Virus record (IMG/VR): IMGVR_UViG_3300044259_000094
Coordinates: 1 to 64,000 of that record
DNA: 64,000 nt
Direction: 5' to 3' (one strand)
From: a virus
Shown: piece by piece, positions 8,488 to 17,380 of the stretch
Layout: each line of letters starts with the position of its first letter
Numbering within the stretch: the first letter of the stretch is position 1
Translations under genes and position numbers: made by a program
The notes under the pieces: generated by a model
The model's input: the letters and a program-made list of their open reading frames with translations, nothing else
What the model was told of the DNA's origin: nothing
The model's database searches: none

Positions 8488-8975
8488 GACCAACCGCCAA
8501 TATCAACGCCCTTTTCAGCAGCTTTGGCGATCTGTTCTTCGTCCGCGATCAGCGTGCTACCAGGAACAACAGGAGCGAGCTGATTGCCGGCTTCAACGAA
8601 GAAGGTGTTACCGTCTTCATCCACGTCGATGGAGCTTTCGGTGTAGCGCAGGAGCATGTCCTCGAAAGCTTCTTCGGCAGCAGACTTGGTGCGGAAGGTC
8701 TGTGTGGCAGCCGGGTCGAGCACCCAGCCTTTGTCCTGAACAGTTTCTTCTTCCCACTCGGACTTCTTCACGATGACACGGTTGTACACCTGGATACCGT
8801 GAGAGTGACGGTACTCAGACGGCAGATCCTTGCGATAACGGCCGATCCAGTGGAATCGAACCCAGATCTTGTCGTTGCGGTACTCACGGAGAGTCCACTC
8901 CGGAGAATCTTTCTTGGCTTCCCAACCCTTAGCGTTCAGGCCGGTGCCGTCGATGTTTTGGTAGATGTAGGACAT
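8484..8975 (-). CDS. hypothetical protein ending in IGGWS tag
   Basis: Coupled ORF (TAATG start). Confidence 0.75.
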   Translation of the reverse strand: MSYIYQNIDGTGLNAKGWEAKKDSPEWTLREYRNDKIWVRFHWIGRYRKDLPSEYRHSHGIQVYNRVIVKKSEWEEETVQDKGWVLDPAATQTFRTKSAAEEAFEDMLLRYTESSIDVDEDGNTFFVEAGNQLAPVVPGSTLIADEEQIAKAAEKGVDIGGWS

Positions 8976-9307
8976 TAGTAGTTACTCTGAGTGCAGATGC
9001 CCGGGACGCCCAACAGACGGGAGAACTGTTCTTTGCTTTCGCGGTACTCGTAGCGGGCTTCGACCAATTCCCACTTCTTACCGATCTTGACGTTGCGAGC
9101 TTTGGTACTGGAGCAGGACAGACGTTGCTCTTTCCAAATGTAGCCAAATGGAATCTCACGCAAAGTGACCTTGCTGTTGGACTTGGAGCTGACGCGAACG
9201 CTGACCACTTCAACAGTGATGCGCTTCTCCGAAATCTTGATGGCTTCATCACAGCCAACAAGGGCCATGCTCGCAGCGAGGACGAGAGCTAAACGGTTAA
9301 GCCGCAT
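8975..9307 (-). CDS. putative lipoprotein
   Basis: Signal peptide with LVGC lipobox. Confidence 0.7.
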   Translation of the reverse strand: MRLNRLALVLAASMALVGCDEAIKISEKRITVEVVSVRVSSKSNSKVTLREIPFGYIWKEQRLSCSSTKARNVKIGKKWELVEARYEYRESKEQFSRLLGVPGICTQSNY

Positions 9308-9340
9308 GATGTGTGCTCTATGTTGTTGATATGTGCGCTG

Positions 9341-9374
9341 ATTTTACAGCGCACATTGAGGCAGGAGACGGCTG
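9341..9374 (-). promoter_or_regulatory. phage promoter motif, -10 in hairpin loop
   Basis: CAGCCG TCTC CTGCCT N12 TAAAAT; inverted repeat 9331-9356; near-duplicate of the 3878 element. Confidence 0.75.
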
Positions 9375-9941
9375 TTACAGCTCAGCCGGGTTCTTGAAGA
9401 GGCCACGCTCCACGCCAACCCAGTAGCAGTTTTCGAGGAGCTGCGTATCGTACAAGGCGCTGTGTGCGGCCTCAGTGTCGTAATCAAAGCCGCAGGCGAA
9501 CGCAAGCTCACCCAGGTTTGGGACTTTACCCATGCCAGTAGCTTTGCGGCCTTCTTGCATGGTGCAGTACACGTTGAACTTGGGCATTGGGAAGCCCATG
9601 CGTACAAGCTCCAATGCAAGGAAAGGCGCATCGAACTCGGCGTTGTGGGCGATGAAGACGTCGGTCTTCTCGATGATCCGGTTGACGACAGGAGCTACCG
9701 TCTTCCAGTCAGGCTCGCCACGCAAATCAGCCAGGCTGATCTTGTGAATCTCTTGTGCAGCCGGGTCAATCGCACGGTCAGGCTTGATGCGCTGAATGTA
9801 CGGCTTACCGATCTTGCGACGATCGCCAGTTACAGTGTTGTAGCCCCAGCAGGACAGAGCCACCTCAATTATGCGATGGCCAGCTTGCACATCCAAACCG
9901 GTTGTCTCGATGTCGCCAATGGTCAGAACTTTCCAGGTCAT
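9375..9941 (-). CDS. dnaQ: DnaQ/epsilon-like 3'-5' exonuclease (DEDDh)
   Basis: DIETTG, AHNAEFD, AHSALYD motifs. Confidence 0.9.
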   Translation of the reverse strand: MTWKVLTIGDIETTGLDVQAGHRIIEVALSCWGYNTVTGDRRKIGKPYIQRIKPDRAIDPAAQEIHKISLADLRGEPDWKTVAPVVNRIIEKTDVFIAHNAEFDAPFLALELVRMGFPMPKFNVYCTMQEGRKATGMGKVPNLGELAFACGFDYDTEAAHSALYDTQLLENCYWVGVERGLFKNPAEL

Positions 9942-10382
9942 TTAGGCCACCACAATACAGCCCTTGCTCTTGAGTCGTTGGATGATATCCACATACCCAG
10001 CGCAAGCAGCTTTAACGGGATCGGTTTCGTCTTCGAAGGCGTGAACCTTTGAAGTGAACTCCGGGTTTCGTGTGAGTTGGGTTACGACAACCTGTCCGCG
10101 AACCCGATCAAGCTCAACGGCTATCACAGTCTCTGCGCCAGACTTCTCGAACCTGTGCATCACAACCTTGTCTGGGAAGCCAGAACGTACATCGTCACGG
10201 CTTTCACGGGACCAGTCGTTGAACTTGTGATCAACCAAGCCCAAAGTGACCAGATCAAAAACGGTCAAAGCGGTGATGGCTTGTGGGCCAGTCACCGCTC
10301 CGCGTTTGATTTCCCCGTCTAGCCAGAGAGCCGCTTCACCCGTCTTCCGGGTCAGCTCGTCGTCTAGGGAGTAATCGCTCAT
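9942..10382 (-). CDS. hypothetical protein
   Basis: GAGG SD, promoter upstream. Confidence 0.75.
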   Translation of the reverse strand: MSDYSLDDELTRKTGEAALWLDGEIKRGAVTGPQAITALTVFDLVTLGLVDHKFNDWSRESRDDVRSGFPDKVVMHRFEKSGAETVIAVELDRVRGQVVVTQLTRNPEFTSKVHAFEDETDPVKAACAGYVDIIQRLKSKGCIVVA

Positions 10383-10406
10383 TTTCTACCTCGCTAATGA
10401 GCTGTG

Positions 10407-10440
10407 ATTATCGCAGTTACTCGTCGGTTTTCGGAGGCTG
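10407..10440 (-). promoter_or_regulatory. phage promoter motif
   Basis: CAGCCT CCGA AAACCG N12 GATAAT. Confidence 0.7.
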
Positions 10441-10866
10441 GCTGTCGAAGGCAGCAGTGGAGAAGCCATCTTCTTTGCCAATGACAGGGCGTTGCTGGAT
10501 CAGATCGATCTGAGCCTTCATCGTCGGAGTAAGGCTCTTTTCGTTCTGGAAGCCAGCTACGCAGGCAGTGAAGTTAGGCTCACCCGGGATCGGCGTGCGA
10601 ACCTGAAACAGAACGTCGAAACCCAGTACCGCGCACAGACGACTCGCCTGTTCAAGCAGAGGCAGAACCAGCTCTTCGTATGCCGGGTGCTTGTCTTTGT
10701 ATGGGCTAGCACCAAGCTGGTTCAGCTTGCAGCCGGCTCTGAGAGCATCCTCGTGGAACTTGGTGGCCTGATGAAGCAACTTCTTACCTTGTTTCCTTGC
10801 CCCACTGCGGATCGCTCGTTGTTCCGAGCGTTTCAGCTTGATCTTTTCTTTATCGGTTAGAGCCAT
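10417..10866 (-). CDS. hypothetical protein
   Basis: Start moved to MALTDK with AGGAG SD. Confidence 0.7.
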   Translation of the reverse strand: MALTDKEKIKLKRSEQRAIRSGARKQGKKLLHQATKFHEDALRAGCKLNQLGASPYKDKHPAYEELVLPLLEQASRLCAVLGFDVLFQVRTPIPGEPNFTACVAGFQNEKSLTPTMKAQIDLIQQRPVIGKEDGFSTAAFDSQPPKTDE

Positions 10867-11074
10867 TGGAACTCTCCTTGCGGTTGTAGTGACGACGAAT
10901 GGTGTAGCCACGAGCAAAGCTGGCTACGGTGCAGAGCGCTACTGACACGCCGGCTGCCAGAGCAGGTTCTGTGATGTACTTCATGCAGGCGAACACGATG
11001 ACGTAGCTGATGGCAGAACCAATCACCATGTTCGTTGCGGTTTCTTTCATCGAAGCCAGTTTGGACTGGCTCAT
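10850..11074 (-). CDS. small two-TM phage membrane protein (DUF7220-like)
   Basis: MSQSK..S..E...N..IG...S..RGY.IRR..N pattern. Confidence 0.7.
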   Translation of the reverse strand: MSQSKLASMKETATNMVIGSAISYVIVFACMKYITEPALAAGVSVALCTVASFARGYTIRRHYNRKESSNGSNR

Positions 11075-11484
11075 GCAAACGTACCCGCACCACGAAGCTC
11101 GTATTCAGCAATGCGAGCCTCAGCCTCATTTCGCAGCGCAGCTTTGACGCCGGCCGCTACCTTTTCCAGGGTTTCACGATCCATTGCCAGACCTTTACCT
11201 GCTGCACGCAGACTGGCATCGAACGAACCACCAAGCTTGTCAGCGCCGTTCAGGATCGCTTTCTCGATCAAGGTGTGCAGAAAGTCAGGCTTGTTGGTTA
11301 CTTCAAGCACAGCCTTCTCTACAGCCACAGTGATCATCGGTGCCACAGTGATCATCGAGTTGTTGATAGCCTGAGCAACGGCCGAAGTTATAGCTGGATT
11401 GTTTGCTGCGCAGGCTTTGATGGCATCTTCCACAGCTTTAGTGGCAGCGGCGTTGAGAAACGCCTGCTCGACAATGACACTCAT
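11071..11484 (-). CDS. Ala-rich helical protein ending in AGTFA tag
   Basis: Coupled ORF. Confidence 0.7.
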   Translation of the reverse strand: MSVIVEQAFLNAAATKAVEDAIKACAANNPAITSAVAQAINNSMITVAPMITVAVEKAVLEVTNKPDFLHTLIEKAILNGADKLGGSFDASLRAAGKGLAMDRETLEKVAAGVKAALRNEAEARIAEYELRGAGTFA

Positions 11485-11828
11485 TAGTCAACATCCAGGC
11501 CAGTGGTTTTTAGGCGCATGTACAGAGCATCAACCTGAGCCTGGCTGCAACCCTTAACGTGGGTGTATTCGCGAGAGAACGGACCAACTGCCGGATCTTC
11601 CAGCAGATCGCCTTTACGAAGCGCAGACAGCAGGTACAGGCCGGAGGTCATCAGCTCGATGTCGATTGGCGTGAATTCTTTCAGTGCCGGCGACAGTGCG
11701 CGCTTAACAGCGGCTACAGAGCAGTTGACCATTTCGGCAATTTCTTCGTAGGAGAGACCCGCGAGGATACCTTTCTCGATACGGGACTTGGTTGCATCGC
11801 TTACTGGGCGGCCTTTTTTGGTAGTCAT
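11484..11828 (-). CDS. helix-turn-helix protein
   Basis: GRP...GLSYEEIAEMVNCSVAAVKRAL. Confidence 0.7.
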   Translation of the reverse strand: MTTKKGRPVSDATKSRIEKGILAGLSYEEIAEMVNCSVAAVKRALSPALKEFTPIDIELMTSGLYLLSALRKGDLLEDPAVGPFSREYTHVKGCSQAQVDALYMRLKTTGLDVD

Positions 11829-12055
11829 TACTGTTGTTCCTTGTTTGCGTTGATAACGGAGTGAGCGACTTGGAGGTCGTAACGAAGAGCCTCGATTTCC
11901 TTCTTCATCAGATCCACAACCTCGAACCAACTGGTGTTGTCTGGATCGATGTTGATGACCTTCGAGGCTTGCTCAAAGAGCTGCTTGGTGTAGAAGCTGT
12001 TGTCACTGCGGCTCTGGTCACAATCGCCGCAGTTACATGGCTTACAAACGGTCAT
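11828..12055 (-). CDS. small Cys-rich/coiled-coil protein
   Basis: Start MTVCKPCNCGDC via ATGA overlap. Confidence 0.6.
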   Translation of the reverse strand: MTVCKPCNCGDCDQSRSDNSFYTKQLFEQASKVINIDPDNTSWFEVVDLMKKEIEALRYDLQVAHSVINANKEQQ

Positions 12056-12249
12056 TGCTTCACTTGCCAGTTGCAAGACAGAGCGGTACCGCTGCCAGTC
12101 GAAGCCAGAGCGCACTCAACGCCAGGTTTCGGATGAACGATATCAACCCGGGTGGTGACGCTACTGAAATAGCGGAAGCCCGCTACAGCGCCCAGGATGC
12201 CGGCGACAAACAGCACAACGATGCCTGTACAGATGATGGCGTTTTTCAT
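12052..12249 (-). CDS. small membrane-anchored protein
   Basis: N-terminal TM helix, C-terminal Cys pair. Confidence 0.65.
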   Translation of the reverse strand: MKNAIICTGIVVLFVAGILGAVAGFRYFSSVTTRVDIVHPKPGVECALASTGSGTALSCNWQVKQ

Positions 12250-12614
12250 TACTCGGCCCTTTTGGATTTGGTTTCGAAGCTGTTCGGGTCAGAGGGCCAT
12301 TTCGGGTCTTTCTTTTCGACCACCTTCCCCTCGTTCTTGTCGATCAGGTACTGGGCACGCTTCTTATCCCAGTAATCTTTGATGCGATCCATACCTTCGT
12401 TAGGTTCGCAGATGATGTTGAACTTCTCGTCGAGGCGAGAGCCCATACCAGCGCCGGCACACTTGGCGTGCTGCTCGATGCGGATATCATTCGGGTCTTT
12501 CTTTGGCGGCTCACTCAAGCCCTTGTCCATGACCCCCGCCCAGATAAAGACGACCCCGGCCATAACGGCACCACCTAAGAGTGCAATGCCATGCGTGTAA
12601 TTGAACTTGATCAT
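12249..12614 (-). CDS. membrane-anchored protein
   Basis: N-terminal TM helix; SD upstream. Confidence 0.7.
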   Translation of the reverse strand: MIKFNYTHGIALLGGAVMAGVVFIWAGVMDKGLSEPPKKDPNDIRIEQHAKCAGAGMGSRLDEKFNIICEPNEGMDRIKDYWDKKRAQYLIDKNEGKVVEKKDPKWPSDPNSFETKSKRAE

Positions 12615-12640
12615 TCCCTACTTTCCTTTGGTCAATAAAA

Positions 12641-12688
12641 ACAGACTGCTCTATTGCTAGAGACAGTCTGTCAGTTTTACGCAGGGAT
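12641..12688 (-). promoter_or_regulatory. partial phage promoter motif with hairpin
   Basis: Distal ATCCCT present, proximal CC absent; TAGCAAT in loop of the ACAGACTG/CAGTCTGT hairpin. Confidence 0.4.
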
Positions 12689-13302
12689 TAGACGGAGTGT
12701 TTCATGCGCTCAGTGAGGATATTGTTCACATACTGGGCGCGACCACCTAACGGATAGCCGTAAATCTTGTAGCAGTGAACCTGGTGGCTGGACATCAGAC
12801 CTTGCATGATGAAGTCAAAATGCAGGTTGTACGACGGACTGGTCTGAGCGCACACCTTGCCATCTTCTTCACGCTTCCACTCTTTGGGTGGGAACGGTGG
12901 CAAGTGGAAGATGCAATCGAACATCAACCCGGCACACTGACAATCCATGACGTACTGGACGATCCGCTTGTTCTGCTTCTCGGTCAACTCACCATAACCA
13001 CTCACCTCAGCCAGCATGAAGGCAATAAAGCAGTAAGGTGTCCGGTCAGTCAGGACGTACTCTTTATCCTGATTGTTGCCGATCGCCTCAGCCCACTGCA
13101 TTTTCAGCTCTTTGAGAATCACCTCTTGTACGTCGAGGCGTTCATCAATCGTCATGGCGACTTTCGGGTCTTTGCCCATGCGCTTGTAGATTTCAGAGAC
13201 AGTGGTCTTTACGAAGGCCACGTTCTCCGCATCCTCAAACTGCTTGCACAGGGTAGTCTTGCCACTACCCGATACACCCACAAAACCTACTAGCTTGGTC
13301 AT
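12688..13302 (-). CDS. P-loop dNMP/nucleoside kinase-like protein
   Basis: GVSGSGKTT Walker A, LTDRT motif; in nucleotide metabolism cluster. Confidence 0.75.
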   Translation of the reverse strand: MTKLVGFVGVSGSGKTTLCKQFEDAENVAFVKTTVSEIYKRMGKDPKVAMTIDERLDVQEVILKELKMQWAEAIGNNQDKEYVLTDRTPYCFIAFMLAEVSGYGELTEKQNKRIVQYVMDCQCAGLMFDCIFHLPPFPPKEWKREEDGKVCAQTSPSYNLHFDFIMQGLMSSHQVHCYKIYGYPLGGRAQYVNNILTERMKHSV

Positions 13303-13305
13303 AGC

Positions 13306-13947
13306 TTACCCCGCAATGATGTGTTCGCAGAGAATACGGGTCCAGTTCTCCAGCGGCAGACCGGAGTCCAGCAGTTCTCGCGGCGTCATGAAGCCCAGGG
13401 TTTCGAGTTCTTCCTCGCGGCACTCGGCAGTCGCTTCTTCTGGCAGTTGAGCCACGATCACCATGCCCATGTGAACCTTACCAACATCGTTGCTGTTGTC
13501 GAGCAGGATACCCAAGGAGCCCATCTGCAACGACTCGCCGATTTTGTCGAGGATGATTTCCTCCGACATTTCACGGCTCATTGCCTTCATGACGGTCTTG
13601 AAGGTGTCGACCACGCTACCTTCTGCAACAACGTCGACCATATCGATGTGCCCACCGATGCCGATGCTCACGTTGCCGGACAGTCGAGATTCACCCACGC
13701 CCTTGCCACGACGGTAGGCAAAGACTTTGGTCTCGCCGTTTACGACTTTCGCCAGCAGAACATACGGCAGGAACTGACGTGCGGACTCGTCCTTTTCGAG
13801 AGCTTCACGCTGTCCAAGGATGACGCCATGTTGAAGATGAGGCAGAACATCGGCGAAATCACACTGATAGATCGGCATATCAACGCCGGTCAGGTTGTTG
13901 GCTTCGAGAACGGAGGTTTTGCAGGCCAGGATGAATTCAGCTTTCAC
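13306..13947 (-). CDS. Nudix-family phosphoesterase (COG4112-like)
   Basis: E.D...RQFLPY...Y.R....GESRL....SIGIGGHID...REMSEE...VGKVH.G...LENW. Confidence 0.8.
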   Translation of the reverse strand: MKAEFILACKTSVLEANNLTGVDMPIYQCDFADVLPHLQHGVILGQREALEKDESARQFLPYVLLAKVVNGETKVFAYRRGKGVGESRLSGNVSIGIGGHIDMVDVVAEGSVVDTFKTVMKAMSREMSEEIILDKIGESLQMGSLGILLDNSNDVGKVHMGMVIVAQLPEEATAECREEELETLGFMTPRELLDSGLPLENWTRILCEHIIAG

Positions 13948-13967
13948 AGGTTATTTCCTTAGAGTGT

Positions 13968-13987
13968 GCCCTCCGAAGAGGGCTTTT
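13968..13987 (+). terminator. hairpin identical to the 6876-6891 stem, with T-tract on the + strand
   Basis: GCCCTC-CGAA-GAGGGC-TTTT. Confidence 0.5.
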
Positions 13988-13991
13988 GGGG

Positions 13992-14888
13992 TTAGAGACG
14001 CTTGAGAGTGGCTACAAGCCAATCCAGTTGAGGCGGGTTTTTCATACGAAGCTGGAACGTAGTGCCATTCTTGAGGAAAAGCTCTACGACCTCCGAACCG
14101 CGCATAGGATGCCACCCTAATATTTCACTGCGGAGGAAATGATACTCACCGGTGGTTGTGCGAACCTTGAGGTGAGTCTTCATTAGATGCGCGTACTTAG
14201 TATCTATGACGTCATCGTCATTTACAAAGGTGACGCTCGCAGCCCCGCGAACAGCCCGACTGCTTGAGGTGGCAGTCTTGTGGCTGATGTTCAGATTACC
14301 GTTGGTTTGCAGAATACCGAATGAAGGGTCCACGAACTTGCTCCTGAGCATGGTGAACAGCTCGGTGTAGTTCATGGATAGCTTTACGGGCTTCAACGGT
14401 GCGATTTCAGCGCTGTCCGCAGTGAAGATGTACGCTCGGTTCAACCGAGTCTTGCCGTCGCTCACAAGCTTAAATAGGTCGTCGTAGACCCGCTTACCGC
14501 CAATGACAGTGTAGCCGGCCAGGTTAAAGCAGCTGGTGTAGCTTTCTGCAAGCTTCAAGCCTTCTTTTAGGTCTTTTGCGTACAGCAGCCAGCGTTCGCA
14601 CTTGGCAAAGTCATCTGCAGCCTTACCTACAGAAAATGGGCCGCCGGTAACAATGCCACCTTCGGAAATCACCAGAAACGGGCGATCTTCCGTTGGATAG
14701 ACCTTGTGCTCGATCAGCTGCTGAGCGGTGTGCCGGCCGACAACCAATACTGTCTTTTTGGTGAACTCAGCGAATTCAGCCAGATCCAGCCTGCTCTTGA
14801 ACAGCAGATCGGGACCATCACCAATGACACCATCTGGTGTCATGGCAACAGAGACCTGGCGAAGGATATGATGGTCGCTCGCAATCAT
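13992..14888 (-). CDS. dihydrofolate reductase-like domain with long C-terminal extension
   Basis: VAMTPDGVIG....L.F....DL..F...T....VVGRHT...VIGGKRVY; adjacent to thyA. Confidence 0.75.
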   Translation of the reverse strand: MIASDHHILRQVSVAMTPDGVIGDGPDLLFKSRLDLAEFAEFTKKTVLVVGRHTAQQLIEHKVYPTEDRPFLVISEGGIVTGGPFSVGKAADDFAKCERWLLYAKDLKEGLKLAESYTSCFNLAGYTVIGGKRVYDDLFKLVSDGKTRLNRAYIFTADSAEIAPLKPVKLSMNYTELFTMLRSKFVDPSFGILQTNGNLNISHKTATSSSRAVRGAASVTFVNDDDVIDTKYAHLMKTHLKVRTTTGEYHFLRSEILGWHPMRGSEVVELFLKNGTTFQLRMKNPPQLDWLVATLKRL

Positions 14889-15844
14889 ACGGCCATTTTC
14901 CCCTTGATAGCCGGCATCGGGTTGTAGCCAACGATTTCGAAGTCGTCGCTGGTGTAGTCCCAGATGTTTTCACGGACAGTCTTGAACTTGATGGTCGGGG
15001 AAGCCGGCGCCTCGTTCATACGGCTGAACTGCTCTTGAACCTGCTCGATGTGGTTGTTGTACACATGGCAGTCGCCGCCGTTCCAGATGAACTCCATCGG
15101 AATCATGTTCAGCGTGTTGGCGATGTAGTGCAGCAGCAGGCTGTACGAAGCGATGTTGAACGGCACGCCCAGGAACATATCAGCCGAACGTTGGTACAGC
15201 TGCAGGCTGACACCGTACTTTGGAGCGCCTTTCTCGTCCAGCGCCTTGATTCGACCTTCATCGGTACCGTCGGTGAACACCATGACACCCTTCCGGGTCA
15301 TGAAGTCCATACGTTCTTCGATGGTCAGCTCACAGCAGTGAACTTGCCACATGGTGTGACACGGCGGCAGAGCTTGGCGGCCGGCATCGACGTTTTCAGC
15401 GTGACCGCGACCTTCTACGGGCAAAAGCTCAGGAATCCAGCCAGTTACAACGTGCCGACGGCTCATTGGGTTGGTGCGCAGGTTGTGCATCAACTCTTTG
15501 ATCTGGTCGATACCCTGGCTTTCGCTCTTACCACGCCATACAGCGCCGTAGATTTCACCCAACTCACCCTCGTCGTTGGCGAAAGGAGTCCAGATGTTGA
15601 TGCCTTCGTCGGCCAGGAAAGCGTTGTCGGTGATGCCTTTCAGGAACATCCGCAGTTCCCGCTCGATGATCTTCATCGAGGTGAACTTGGAGGTCAGCAG
15701 AGGGAAGCCGTCCTTCATGTTGAACCGCATACTCAAGCCCGGGAGCTTGGTAGTGCCGGTACCCGTGCGATCAGAGCTTGGGCGACCCCGATTCAGCACG
15801 TTTTGGCAGCCATACAGGTACATGGTGTCATGGGTGTTAGGCAT
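14885..15844 (-). CDS. thyA: thymidylate synthase
   Basis: DRTGTGT, LPPCH, LYQRSADMFLGVPFNIASY. Confidence 0.97.
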   Translation of the reverse strand: MPNTHDTMYLYGCQNVLNRGRPSSDRTGTGTTKLPGLSMRFNMKDGFPLLTSKFTSMKIIERELRMFLKGITDNAFLADEGINIWTPFANDEGELGEIYGAVWRGKSESQGIDQIKELMHNLRTNPMSRRHVVTGWIPELLPVEGRGHAENVDAGRQALPPCHTMWQVHCCELTIEERMDFMTRKGVMVFTDGTDEGRIKALDEKGAPKYGVSLQLYQRSADMFLGVPFNIASYSLLLHYIANTLNMIPMEFIWNGGDCHVYNNHIEQVQEQFSRMNEAPASPTIKFKTVRENIWDYTSDDFEIVGYNPMPAIKGKMAV

Positions 15845-15847
15845 TAT

Positions 15848-16165
15848 TCACTCGTCTTCTTGGTCATAGTAATCGGGTCGGTGATCAGACTGGATGTCTT
15901 CATAATCGAAGTCCGAATCATACCGGGTTCTTGGTGCTTCGAAATCATCCCGTATGCCTTGTCCACTTGAGTAGGGACGAACATAGGGTTGCGGTTTTGC
16001 GTGAATGTGCGGACGTTTGTAGTCTGTATCGCTGTCGCTGTCGTGATGATGCTTGTGATCATCGCGGCAAGCGCTCTCAGCGCTCGCTACAGCGACGTTT
16101 ACGCTTAGCGCTGCGCAGAGTAGCGCTAAGCAGGCGGACGTCTTAAAAACGCTTATAGAGCGCAT
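15848..16165 (-). CDS. exported small His/Asp-rich protein
   Basis: GGGAG SD, signal peptide, promoter immediately upstream. Confidence 0.6.
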   Translation of the reverse strand: MRSISVFKTSACLALLCAALSVNVAVASAESACRDDHKHHHDSDSDTDYKRPHIHAKPQPYVRPYSSGQGIRDDFEAPRTRYDSDFDYEDIQSDHRPDYYDQEDE

Positions 16166-16204
16166 CAGATAGCTCCCTTGTGAGCGTGATTTGCTGTCAT
16201 AGAC

Positions 16205-16238
16205 AGAATGCGCGATTTTGTAAGGGAGTAGTCGGGCT
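16205..16238 (-). promoter_or_regulatory. phage promoter motif
   Basis: AGCCCG ACTA CTCCCT N12 CATTCT. Confidence 0.6.
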
Positions 16239-16302
16239 TTGTGTAAGGAAGAAAAAATTTCCAGCCTAATTTTTCGGCGAGAATAACGGAAAGTTAGCCA
16301 TG

Positions 16303-16327
16303 AAAAAGCCCGACTTACGCCGGGCTT
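16303..16327 (-). terminator. intrinsic terminator after nrdB
   Basis: AAGCCCG...CGGGCTT followed by TTT. Confidence 0.75.
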
Positions 16328-16342
16328 CTGGTCAGCTAGCTG

Positions 16343-17380
16343 TCACCATTCGAGGCCCTTGTCCTCGTAGTCGATAACCTTGTCCTCGAAGAAGTTGGTT
16401 TCGACACCGTGTTCTTTGAGGTAAGCATCGGTCCACGCCAGCGGGTCTTTCTTCACATGCGGGAACGGTTCTTCGATGCCGACGGCACGAGCAACGCCGT
16501 TGGTACCGAACATGATGCTGCCGTCGGTGATTTCATCAGTGCAGCCCAGCTGGCCACCCTGGTTCACATGACGGTTCCACTCCATCTCCATTTCAGCAGC
16601 GACACGCAGGATTTCCTTGCAGTCTTTCAGGACTGCCGGCGTGAAGAACTCCGGGTTCTCCTTGCGAACGTCACGCCACATGCTGTTGAAGATTTGCAGG
16701 TGAGAACCTTCATCGCGCTGGATGTAGCGGACATCCTTCGCACAGCCGCCCATCAGACCGCGCTTGTGCAGGATGTAGAAGCGCTTGAAGCCCATCTGGA
16801 AGTAGATACCTTCCAGCGCCTGGTTGGCGACGATTGCACGGACGAAGTTCTCGCCGGTGAAGTCGTTACCCAGGATGTTCGCCATCTTGAGGATGTGCTT
16901 GTTCTTGGCTTCGAGAACTTCGTCGGTCATGAACAGGTTGTAGGTTTCGATCGGGTCCATTTCCAGACTGGTGATCATGTGATCGTAGGTCAGGACGTGA
17001 ACCAGTTCTTCGTAGGCTTGACGAGTCAGAGCCATACGATACTCCGGCGCTGTGATGTGCGCCTGGATGTTGTTTGCCAGCGTGCTGAGCTGAATGCCGT
17101 CGAGGTTCGACAGGAAGCCCAGGTTCATCTGAACAGAACGACGGGTTTTCGAATCGAGAGTGCGGAAGTCACGCAGATCGTCCAGCAGAGAAACGTGCCA
17201 GTGCTTCCAGTCATCACGGAGCGCTTTGTCCATGATTTCAATTGGCCTGTCGTACTTCTTGGGAGACGGAGACATCAGCTCGTCGTTTGGACCCAGGATC
17301 ACACGACGGCTATTGATAACCTCCATCGCACGTTCGGTTGAGGTCATTGGTCGACCTTTGAGGTCTACGAGATTGGACAT
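16343..17380 (-). CDS. nrdB: class Ia ribonucleotide reductase beta subunit
   Basis: LDGIQ, EELVH..TY, LEGIYF, RDEGSH, NFFE..V.DY. Confidence 0.95.
   Translation of the reverse strand: MSNLVDLKGRPMTSTERAMEVINSRRVILGPNDELMSPSPKKYDRPIEIMDKALRDDWKHWHVSLLDDLRDFRTLDSKTRRSVQMNLGFLSNLDGIQLSTLANNIQAHITAPEYRMALTRQAYEELVHVLTYDHMITSLEMDPIETYNLFMTDEVLEAKNKHILKMANILGNDFTGENFVRAIVANQALEGIYFQMGFKRFYILHKRGLMGGCAKDVRYIQRDEGSHLQIFNSMWRDVRKENPEFFTPAVLKDCKEILRVAAEMEMEWNRHVNQGGQLGCTDEITDGSIMFGTNGVARAVGIEEPFPHVKKDPLAWTDAYLKEHGVETNFFEDKVIDYEDKGLEW

Noticed and set aside
13961-13994. Formal match to the promoter motif (TAACCC CAAA AGCCCT N12 CACTCT)
   Set aside because: The -10 would lie only 13 nt from the start codon, placing the start site within the SD. 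It is more simply explained by the GC hairpin.
14885-15844. ThyA as a dCMP/dUMP hydroxymethylase for base modification
   Set aside because: Motifs are those of canonical ThyA (PFN Asn retained), and it is paired with a DHFR-like gene.
15844-16062. Alternative-frame ORF MITSIITT...
   Set aside because: It overlaps 15848-16165, which has an SD, a signal peptide and an adjacent promoter.
16230-16315. 11-bp inverted repeat AGTCGGGCTTT/AAAGCCCGACT as an antiterminator of the nrdB terminator
   Set aside because: On the coding strand the competing arm lies downstream of the terminator, so it cannot antiterminate.
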